Assembly (NCBI GenBank): GCA_976226885.1
Contig: OZ320314.1
Span: 101,556,001-101,620,000 of the forward strand
From: Iphione sp. A-MEVVRFRX5
Taxonomy: Eukaryota
Direction of reading: 5' to 3'
Length of the DNA: 64,000 bases
In this document: positions 12,440 through 21,885 of the stretch, one piece after another
Position numbering within the stretch: the first letter of the stretch is position 1
Layout: every line of letters starts with the position of its first letter
The notes under the pieces: model-generated
What the model was told of the DNA's origin: nothing
Database searches by the model: none
The model's input: only the letters and a program-made list of their open reading frames with translations
Translations under genes and position numbers: made by a program

Positions 12440-14101
12440 TGGTTTGCTGCGATCCTCATCAAATTCAGGGCTGTGCCAGATGTGGAAGCAATTTTTCTTT
12501 GCAGTGATGCAGAGGTGCACACCACAGTCAGGATGGACACACTTCAAGACAGACTTGACTTCCTTCTTCATTGGATGTAACAGACCCTACAATTCCTTCT
12601 CACACCAGCATGTTCTGGGTAGTGTGGTACATGGTAGGAACTAGCAGGAGTGACCTTTGAGGGATTGTTGCCAACAGGGATGTCTTCATTGTCAGTGATG
12701 CAGGCCAACTGCCGCATTAGTTCTTCTCTGAAATGCAGCTGTGAATAAGTTAAAAAGCATGAGACATTTCTGTAATTAGTGGAATCATATATTGTTTCAG
12801 CCAGAATTATATTATCTTCATGTGTACAATTCAAAATTGAAATTTCCAGTAATTTTTTTCAGGAAAAATTTAGCAATATCACATAAGATTTACTCACATT
12901 TTCCTCTCTCGAGTGCATCCAGCTCACGATATAACTTTTGCCACTGATGGAAGAGCATGAATCTGTTGACTGTAGCCACATCTAACATGTGGTAGAAGAT
13001 GGTCTTCCACCACCAGTGTGATTTTAGTAAGATGTTATAGGCCTGTATCAATTGATCAGAGAGGTCTACCCCTTCCATCTTCCTGTAGTACTCATCAATA
13101 GCAACAGGTTTCATCAGGCTTAGCTGTTGGAAGGCTCCATCCTTGTCTTTTTCCCTCCTCTTCACCATTACATGAGCTTTGCCTGTATGGAAAGAGCTCA
13201 ATATGCATACTGGTTTCCTGTCTTTCCACTGTAAACACAGTATGCCATTCTTCCTCATGAACCTCATGGAACCTCTCTCTGCTTTTTTGGCCCATGATTT
13301 AATCTTGAGCTCTAAGGGGAAACCACAACAATGAGGAAGAGTAGTTCCACACATCATCACGCCAACTTTCCTCAGCGCTCCAACAAATGACATGGAAGTG
13401 AAGAAAATATCACAAAAGATGTGATAACTTTGATTCTAATATCCTGTGAGCAGTTCTGTGCAAACATCATAGGCCAAACTGCTGGTGCTGGGTCTGTAAC
13501 GTTTTCCAGTATAGACACTGCAAATAACGCACACCATTGTATTGTTGCACTAGACACACTGAGATCAATAAAATCATTCTGAAACGATATATACAGGTGT
13601 TGATAAGGCAATATTTGTATTGATATAATGTACCCACTTGAAATCTACTGTATATCCATTACTGGACTCACATAGGCACCACAGCTTCATCCCGAAGCAT
13701 GCAGGCTTGTTGGGCATATACACGGTGATTGGGGTCCGGCCTTTAGAATGAATCATCCTCTCATCAATTGATAGATCAATAACAGGTTGATAATATTGTT
13801 GACAACACTTTTTGATGTGTTTCACAATCTTATCTTCTTTATTCTCTGTGAATAGATCACACACATGGAGCATTCCCATGATAGCTTTCACTCTAAAAAA
13901 AAATATGTAACAGCATGATAAACCAAAGTATGTGGAGAAATACATATTGGAACAGGCTGGTGAGTAATATATCTTAATATTCCTGTGATTTTTACTGTGA
14001 ATTGAATTTCTATTTCTTGGAATTAGCTCACCTTTTCCTTGCAAGAAACCTCCTGCCCAGCCTCTGGCATATAATGTTGCATGTGAGTAATACCTGGGCA
14101 T
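12440..14101 (-). pseudogene. Decayed piggyBac (PGBD-like) transposase
   Basis: Fragments with piggyBac motifs: LSIDERMIHSKGR, YMPNKPACFGMKLWCLCESSNGY, HIFCDIFFTS, WKDRKPVCILSS, KPVAIDEYYRKMEGVDLSDQ, WWKTIFYHMLD. C-terminal Cys-rich domain CRVC...CGVHLCITAKKNCFHIWH. In-frame stops and frame breaks. A possible 3' end TTAA|CCCT lies at 10248-10255; the other end was not found. Confidence 0.85.
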
Positions 14102-14311
14102 GTCAGGTAGTTTGATAATTCCAATGAAAAGAACAATGAATTATCACGAATCATTTCAATCACTGAATCACTGAAGTAGAGCTTGCAGTAATCAAGTGCA
14201 GTGGTGAATTTGCTGGCCTCAGCTCTAGTACTAGTTTCTGGAATGTGAGGACCTATATGGTTTTAGACCTGTGCACTTTTATCAAAAATATTTCATGTCT
14301 CATTTTGATTA

Positions 14312-14659
14312 GGCCTAAACAAAATATATCTGTGTTTCCGGTAACCTTACCGACTCTGATTTTAGTACAAATGGAAATTTTTATATTTTTCTTGTTTTGT
14401 GAATATCTTTGGAATGAAAGCTGATAGAGATATATACTATACATCACTTTGTTGCTCACATTATTAGCTTAATTTGATAAATATTTCATTAAAATCTAAG
14501 CAGTAAAATTTATCTTACCATATAAAATTGTTACTTTGGGAGGTAATTAACATTGGGAAAAAAAAAAATAAAAAATAAAAAAATAAAAAAATTACCACCT
14601 TCCGACCAATCCTTTATATTTTTAGCTTGTAACCAGAAACACAGAACTTTTTTTAGGCC
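14312..14659. mobile_element. PIF/Harbinger MITE, family B copy 2
   Basis: TIRs GGCCTAAACAAAATATATCTGTGTTTCCGGTAAC / GTAACCAGAAACACAGAACTTTTTTTAGGCC. TSD TTA/TTA (14309-14311, 14660-14662). Same TIR family as 4457-4721. Confidence 0.8.
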
Positions 14660-15699
14660 TTAGTTACATTTGAGGTACTGGTTCTCCTATAAATAAAAGC
14701 CCTGTGTGGGCAATCAACAGACTTGAAACTGGGACTGATTGTGGAACTTATTTATTCATACCACCCACGTATTTCAATAGGCTGAACTAGACACTCCTCT
14801 GTCCGTGTCCACACCCTCTGCCTACAATATTAATAGGGCCTATAACTATACCTCCCTTTATGGTTCTCAACAGGAACCACCAAGTTTGTGAGACTTTGCA
14901 TACTCTTTTGACGATCCGACGGGATTCTTGCGAAAATGACCCACCTTTTAAGAGGCCAATGTTCCATCTATATGGATGGAAAGTGGCCTTAAAACTTGAA
15001 AATATAAAAGATAATCCTTTCATGTTAGGTGCATGATCTGTTCTGAGTTGCTATGCAATGACCGCTATGTGGTCACACACTTTGGAGGTGGTACACTATA
15101 AGGTATAGAAGGGGTATAGAATAACACATTTCAACTGAACAGTGTTTATCAGGAATCTTCAATCTATGCTTAAATTATATTTGTAGGTTAAGGGAAGCAC
15201 CCAATAGGCTGTCTGAACAACATTCTAGGGAAAATATGTTCCAAAGTCCTCCCTTTAGGCTGCACTCTGTAAGAATTCTACCTCGATGCAATCAACAGTC
15301 TGAAAGGTACGAAAGGCTCGGAAAGCAACAGGAATCAAACTATCACGAATAAAATGAAACTGAAAAAAAGTGAGTGTTCTCTTGACAGTAGGGTATCTAC
15401 CCGACACGACCCTGTAAGGCCCGGTTTCCTTACCTGCGGCGAGCTGCGGAGAGGTCTGCGTGCGTTCCCAGTGCGTTTGTGTGCGTTGTACTCTTACCGC
15501 ACTGCAACGCACAGGGGTGTCCTTAAAACCAGTGCGGGACAGTGCGGGAAATGATGGGAAATATGACAGGAAAATGCGAAAAACAGCATATAAACACTGA
15601 AACGACACGGTTGCACCGCGACGCATACGATAGCCACGTCCTAATCTGTTTGAGAGTATTATATTACATGGATAGTAGGAGGAGATTTCAATGTACTTG

Positions 15700-16760
15700 C
15701 GAATAACTTGTTAGATGAAAAGGTTACCAACACGAAAATAAATGTCTCTAGGCTATCTCAGCAAGGTCCTTTTTAGATTTAATGGAAGCAGGGGATTTGG
15801 TTGATCTGTGGAGGTGCCAACACCATCTCTGTAAAAGGTATACATGGCATAATAGAACAGCAGCCTCAAGGATTGATTATCCGTTGGTATCAGCCGATTT
15901 GTATCCCTCAGTTATCTCAAGTTCAATATCCCCCGGATTCTCATCCGATCATAGTCTGGTACATATTAAATTGTCAACTAAGGGACAGTGTCGAGGTCCA
16001 TGTCACTGGAAGAATAACAACATTCTACTCCAGTATTCAGAATATATTCAGCTCATAACAAAATGACTTTTACACATCCTTAGTCCTTTGGCAATATCTA
16101 AAGTTATAAATTAAGGAAGCAACCATTAAATATCCTAAACAAACATATGGAATTCAGTGGAAAATTACATTCTGAATCAACTTTCGCACCTTCAGACAGA
16201 AATAGAGCAAAAAGGAGATATGAATAATGCACAGAATAAGCAGCTAGAGGATATCAAAACACAGCTAAGAGATCTAAAATATAAAAAGGCAAAAGGAGCT
16301 ATTTTCAGATCTAAGACACGATGGCTGGCTTATGGAGAAAAACCCCAAAAGTCATTTTCTGAACCCGGAGGGACTCTATACAGAAGACCCAATGTAAGAC
16401 GAATACCCCACCCTACCTAGAATTTTTATTTTGACATGCCAAGAAAGAACAAAATTCCGAGAACTATTTTTCCAATGGCGGCACAGCATTTCTAACATTG
16501 ATCTTTGAAACTTAGATGCTAAAGAACTTTTATTGGGGGTTCTGAGTCATATAACAAAATAAGGCAATGTTGAATTACATGTTATTGACTGCAAAAGTCT
16601 TTATATATAAAAGGAAGTTGTTCTATGAGAATGATATCAACTTTAAGGCCTTCCTCAGTGAGATTCACACTAGGGTGAAATCAGAGTTTATGCTTATTGT
16701 ATACAAGGCTCTTATAAAAATCTTTAAAGATGGCACAACCTCTTTGACTTTATGAGGGCA
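15700..16760 (+). pseudogene. L1/Tx1-clade LINE remnant (APE C-terminal part and ORF2 C-terminus, RT core deleted)
   Basis: Frames give LVDLWR..H...YTW...SRIDY...SDHSLV...RGPCHWK.NN, then KAKGAIFRSKTRWLAYGEK, then LNYMLLTAKVFIYK. These are typical L1/Tx1 ORF2 segments, broken by stops and frameshifts. Confidence 0.75.
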
Positions 16761-17049
16761 GTTGCGTCTAGTTTTCCCATCCTATATATACTTTTCATAG
16801 TAAAAGCTTTAAAAAGCATCCCTACAAATACAACACGATTGTAAAACATCAGAAGTAAAGGGTGCGAGGCCTTTTTTTAAAGGATCACTCCTGATTTGTT
16901 CTCCTGAAAGACACTGACGGTCGCCTTCCTACAGGACACATCAGGACGGGTATCAGACAAATGATATGAATGGAAGAGCGCAGAGGGCAGTCAAGCAGAA
17001 CCCTGAATACAACACTACATATCACATACAACCCTCTACTCAGTATGTA

Positions 17050-17160
17050 TCTATAACATAGATATGTGTGTAGTTGTGTGTAATAGATGTGTGTATGGAC
17101 ATATGTAGGTGTATGTGCCTATAGATATGTGTGTAGTTGTGTGTATAGATGTGTGTAGGT
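17050..17160. repeat. GT-rich minisatellite (continues at 23595-23625 after the LINE)
   Basis: Units like ATAGATATGTGTGTAGTTGTGTGTATAGATGTGTGTA. The same unit forms the larger block at about 31985-32350. Confidence 0.75.
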
Positions 17161-17231
17161 TTGAAAGGTTTGAAAGGTTTTATTGAGTCGCCAGATTCAC
17201 TTCATACAAAATGATATTTCATAAGGCACCC

Positions 17232-18075
17232 AAATAACTTCCACACACGAAGAAATTATGAAAGGAGAACAAAAAATAATAAGCACAACTATATAATACA
17301 CATTTCCATTGTTCAGCTCTGTACTATTTACTGCTGTATACACCAAGGTGGAGTATACATACACATATACAGATACAGTATGCCATTATGTCTTACTATT
17401 GTCCTTACAACTGACAATTTGCATATTCCAAGCAAAAAATAATAATTACCCGAAGCCAGGCACCTTACTCAGAATGTTGAGCAATCGATGCTGGCCCATT
17501 TAGGGCTCATACACTAATGACAAATCTGTTACCTGTAAACATATGTTTGTAATCCATAACTCAGATTGTTGAGCAAGGATTCTTACATACATCTTGCTTC
17601 AGTACACAGACATTTCACATAACCTTCTGATACTGTTCTTATAACTTTCATACATGAAGAAATTTACGACAGAAGAACAAAAAATAATAGACACGACTAT
17701 ACAATACACATTTCCTTTGTCCAGTTCTATAGCTCTGTACTATTTACTACTGTATACATCCAAGTTGGAATATACATACACACACACAGGCACAGTTCGC
17801 CATTTTGCCTATTATTACCCTTACAACAGACAATTTGTATATTCCAGGAAAAAAAAAAAAAAAAAAAAAAATTTTTGCCTTGTAACCAGCACCTTACTCA
17901 GAATGTTGAGCAATGGATACTGGCCCATGAAGAGCTCATACGTTAATGACATATCTGTTACCTGCAAGCATATGTTTGTAATCCATAACTCAGATTGTTG
18001 AGTAAGGATTCTTCCATACATCTTGCTTCAGTACACAGACATTTTACATAGCCTTCTGACACTGTTCTTAAATTC
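17232..18075. repeat. Diverged ~415-bp tandem duplication of the LINE ORF end plus 3' UTR
   Basis: About 17232-17645 aligns by eye with about 17646-18075 (for example CACCTTACTCAGAATGTTGAGCAAT and CATATGTTTGTAATCCATAACTCAGATTGTTGAG occur in both). Both copies contain the last codons K-N-S-x-R-R-L-C-x-M-S-V-Y-stop. Confidence 0.85.
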
Positions 18076-20829
18076 TGGTTTCTTTTGAGATCGAACATAC
18101 TGAGGGAGACCATTCCACACCTTGATTCCCTTGCACACAAATCCTTTCTGATACACATTACTCATACATTTGTCTGGCTTTAGATCATTGTTTGCAGCTG
18201 AACGTGTTCTCCCACCTCCTGCTACTGGAAATTTACATATTCTCGACAGATCATAAAAAAGTAATGCCAGATGGTATCTCATTCTTTCATCCACCCCAAG
18301 CATACCATTCTCACTCATCCATACACGGGCTCTTTCTCTCGAGGGGTAACCTGATAAAAAACATTGTTTAATGGCATCACAGACAGCATTATCAAGTTTC
18401 TCTATTGCTGATGCCGAGGCTCCCACCAGAAATTCGATACCATAATTTAATACTGATAGCACAAAGGCACTAAAGGCTAATGTTAATGTTCTTTTGTCAA
18501 GTCCCCATTTTGCCCGTGCTAAAAAGTAGCTCTTCACCCTCATCTGCTTTACCTTATAGTCAATCATAGTCTGAAAGTTTAACCTTTCATCAATATCGTA
18601 ACCAAGATATTTAAAAGTTTTTACCCGCCCCAGTGTAGATCCATCAATTGCCAGGTCTAGGTCATAAGCAGACGCCTTCCCAAAACACATGTATTTTGAC
18701 TTTTCAGTATTCAACTTCATTCCCACTTCATCACACCAGACAGATATTTGTCTTAGTGTGTGCTGTAATTTAGTATTAAGAGCCCACGCGCTACAACCCC
18801 ACCCATATATTGTAATGTCGTCTGCATAGACAACCAAGTGGCAAGGGAACGATTTCTCCTGCACATCGTTTATCAACATAGAGAACAACCAGGGGCCCAT
18901 AATGGACCCCTGGGGCACCCCCATTGACAGAGACTTAAATGTAGAGTAGATCCCATTACAAAGCACCCTCTGTTCCCTTCGATCCAGATATTCCTCAAAC
19001 CATCTGAGCACAGCTCCCTGATAACCATAACTCGAAAACTTTGCTAATATTATTTTATGTGATACAAGATCAAAGGCCTTGCTTAGATCAAGATAAATGA
19101 CTGCTGGGTACCTATCTTTATTGCAGTCCTCAGCCACATATTTCAGTAGACTAGCACAGGCTGTTGCACATCCTCTTCCTTGCCTAAATCCATGTTGACA
19201 GTCCATCATAATATTGTTATCGACAGCAAAGGCTGATACCTGATCTAGTACTACCCTTTCCACGATCTTTCCGGGTACCGGTAAGAGAGATACTGGCCGG
19301 TAATTTTTTATATCATGCCTACTTTTTTTCTTGTGCAAAGGCACGACTGTCGCATGTTTCCATGATTCAAGGAAACTGCTCGTACTCAAACATACATTTA
19401 CTATATGTGTGAATAAATGCAGCTTTATTTGTAGCAAATCTTTCAGTATCCTCATACTCATGCCCTCAACCCCACTTGGCTTCGAAACTTTAAGGTTCTT
19501 AATATGCTTTATAACTACATTAGGTCTAACTTCATCAAACCGCGTCATCTTTTCATGTGGCATGGCTTTGTCTATGTCTCCTACGCTAATGTTTTTATTG
19601 GCTAAGTTTTCAACCGAAGTGATGAAGTGATTGTTTAATAACTCTGCACTTTCCTCATCTGCCCTTAAACTCCCATCAACTTTCAAACTTATACTACACT
19701 TCTTACGTGTGTCCCCAAATATTTGGCCAGTAATCACCTGCCACAATTTACGTGGATCACTCGCAGCCCTAGATATCTTTTCCCTCATTACCCTGCGTTT
19801 TGCCCTAATTATTTCTCGATTTGTTAAGTTCTTGTAATATTTATGCATCCTATAGTAATCCACATTCCCCGTTACCCTATGTCTACGAAAGAAATAATCC
19901 CGTTCTCTTCCCAACTCCAGCACTAGCCCACTCAACCACTCAGGTCGTGTTCTGCGTTGCCTTATCTCAATATAGGGTGCCAAACTATCTAGTGCCTCCA
20001 TTCCTGTTCCTATCAAATCATCCCATAATCTATTTATGTCCGTACCATTGTTGCCCTCCATGTTATGCTTGTCTAGCTCATCCTTGAAAGCTGCATAAGT
20101 ATACCTCCTATAGTCTCTTCTAACTGTTACCACAGGGTTAGTCAACTTACCCACCTTTTTCTTCTTTATGATCACATAGACAGGTACATGGTCACTTGAT
20201 GAGTCGGCCCATGTCCCCATCTGCCATACGTGTGGACTATTCAAATAGACATGATCTAGACAGGAGCCTAATTGATAAGTAGGAGTCGTAATCACTTGTT
20301 TAAGCAAAAAGTTCTTCTCCAGATTCACGCATTTGTTCTTTTTCACATCTGCTTTTAACCAATCCACATTCATATCACCAAGCACACATATCATTCTTCC
20401 ATCAATACGTCTCAGCTCAGACAGAATTCCACTTAACCTTTTCAGATAATTGTCCAAGTTTCCACAAGGACGCCTATAAACACCTATGATAAATTGAGTT
20501 TTTCTATTACCTGGTTTTATCTTTAGACTTAATATATGTCCATCCCGATCCACTGATGACAAGTCTTCTAATACCTCTATCTTATAATCGAACTTACTGT
20601 AAACTACTATTCCACCCCCTACTCTCAAACCAGTTGCTAAGGGACAACGATCTTGTCTAATTACGTTATACCCACTCATTTCTATCACTGATGTCGGAAT
20701 GGTCTCCCCCAACCATGTCTCCACCAATATAAGTATGTCAATATGTTTTTGAAAAAGCAATATCTCAACATTGCTTAATTTACCTAGAATGCTATGTATA
20801 TTCCAGGCTGCTAACGTGAAGACAGTCAT
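18028..20829 (-). CDS. LINE endonuclease-reverse transcriptase (APE + RT), 933 aa, intact
   Basis: APE motifs WNIHSI, ETWL, GDMNVD, LDHVY, SDH. RT motifs NYRPVSLLPV, QHGFR, LDLSKAFDLVSH, GVPQGSIMGPWLF, YADD, FKYLG. No internal stops. Confidence 0.95.
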   Translation of the reverse strand: MTVFTLAAWNIHSILGKLSNVEILLFQKHIDILILVETWLGETIPTSVIEMSGYNVIRQDRCPLATGLRVGGGIVVYSKFDYKIEVLEDLSSVDRDGHILSLKIKPGNRKTQFIIGVYRRPCGNLDNYLKRLSGILSELRRIDGRMICVLGDMNVDWLKADVKKNKCVNLEKNFLLKQVITTPTYQLGSCLDHVYLNSPHVWQMGTWADSSSDHVPVYVIIKKKKVGKLTNPVVTVRRDYRRYTYAAFKDELDKHNMEGNNGTDINRLWDDLIGTGMEALDSLAPYIEIRQRRTRPEWLSGLVLELGRERDYFFRRHRVTGNVDYYRMHKYYKNLTNREIIRAKRRVMREKISRAASDPRKLWQVITGQIFGDTRKKCSISLKVDGSLRADEESAELLNNHFITSVENLANKNISVGDIDKAMPHEKMTRFDEVRPNVVIKHIKNLKVSKPSGVEGMSMRILKDLLQIKLHLFTHIVNVCLSTSSFLESWKHATVVPLHKKKSRHDIKNYRPVSLLPVPGKIVERVVLDQVSAFAVDNNIMMDCQHGFRQGRGCATACASLLKYVAEDCNKDRYPAVIYLDLSKAFDLVSHKIILAKFSSYGYQGAVLRWFEEYLDRREQRVLCNGIYSTFKSLSMGVPQGSIMGPWLFSMLINDVQEKSFPCHLVVYADDITIYGWGCSAWALNTKLQHTLRQISVWCDEVGMKLNTEKSKYMCFGKASAYDLDLAIDGSTLGRVKTFKYLGYDIDERLNFQTMIDYKVKQMRVKSYFLARAKWGLDKRTLTLAFSAFVLSVLNYGIEFLVGASASAIEKLDNAVCDAIKQCFLSGYPSRERARVWMSENGMLGVDERMRYHLALLFYDLSRICKFPVAGGGRTRSAANNDLKPDKCMSNVYQKGFVCKGIKVWNGLPQYVRSQKKPEFKNSVRRLCKMSVY

Positions 20830-20926
20830 AGCTCAGTGCCAGAAATGGTTCCTGGCTCCAGCAATATACATACATTAATGTAACTCATACTGTAACCAGT
20901 TACAAAATTAGCTATTAGTTCCATGA

Positions 20927-21559
20927 CTAATTCCTTAACATCACCAAAACTGCTGACCGAATATTCCGGATCCAACTCATGGTAGTTTTCCGTTCAGGAT
21001 GACAGCCATCAGACAAGAGAGAATACCTCGTACGATATTTTCCTTTTAACATACGATGAACAGGGAACTCCGTTCCCGGAGTATAAATGTGATGTGAAGC
21101 ATTATACTCCCTAAACTTAATGTTCATTATCCTCACCATCTCATTTAACAACAACTGCGATTCCGTCGTATACGTTGTAGGGCTATATACATCTAATGCA
21201 ATGCCATTGATTGGTACTAAACATACAGGTACTTGTATGGAATGCCGAAAAAGACGCTTATTCAACATTGAAATGAAGCAATCTAACCATAGTTGAAATT
21301 CTTGCAATGACTCATGTCTCAAATAGACATGTCTCACTCCTTTTTCTTTATAAGTTATATCAGTCACGCCAGCGAATAAAAGTATCAGGTCATAATTTGA
21401 TATATCATTGCCTAATAAACTGTCCAGCAAGTCACATAGCCTTGCACCTGGTGTATAGTCTACACTTATCTTGACATTGTGCTCAGCCTCCCAGGTTGGG
21501 TCCATGCTTTCTGCTAGTGCTCGACCTCGTGAATCGCTTAGCAACAGCACTTGCTTCAT
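20927..21559 (-). CDS. Stand-alone SGNH/GDSL-type esterase ORF of the LINE (~210 aa from ATG 21559)
   Basis: Block I LLSDSRG, block II PGA, block III AGVTD (GxND-like), block V DGCHP. The Ser/Asp/His triad is present. SGNH esterases are known from CR1/L2/RTE ORF1 regions. Confidence 0.8.
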   Translation of the reverse strand: MKQVLLLSDSRGRALAESMDPTWEAEHNVKISVDYTPGARLCDLLDSLLGNDISNYDLILLFAGVTDITYKEKGVRHVYLRHESLQEFQLWLDCFISMLNKRLFRHSIQVPVCLVPINGIALDVYSPTTYTTESQLLLNEMVRIMNIKFREYNASHHIYTPGTEFPVHRMLKGKYRTRYSLLSDGCHPERKTTMSWIRNIRSAVLVMLRN

Positions 21560-21885
21560 GTTGACTAGACTCCTTGTGACAGCAATATCCTCCAAGTTCT
21601 GTTATAAATCACAATAGATTATACATATTATGCATCACTTTTTATCAAATTAAATTAAATTGTTTCATTATTTAGCAACACATTGGAATGGTAAACATAA
21701 AATCTTTGTGATCACACTTGCATGCAGGTCCAACCCAGGGTGATATACCTCAACTTAAGACAATAGCAGCCAACTGTTTAATCACTCCTCAGTAAAAAAA
21801 AAAAAAAAAAAAAAAGGCCCTTAGCGTCATCCTGTAAAGAAATTACCAAACTCGGATCAATTCACAGGCTCAATAGTCCACCATA

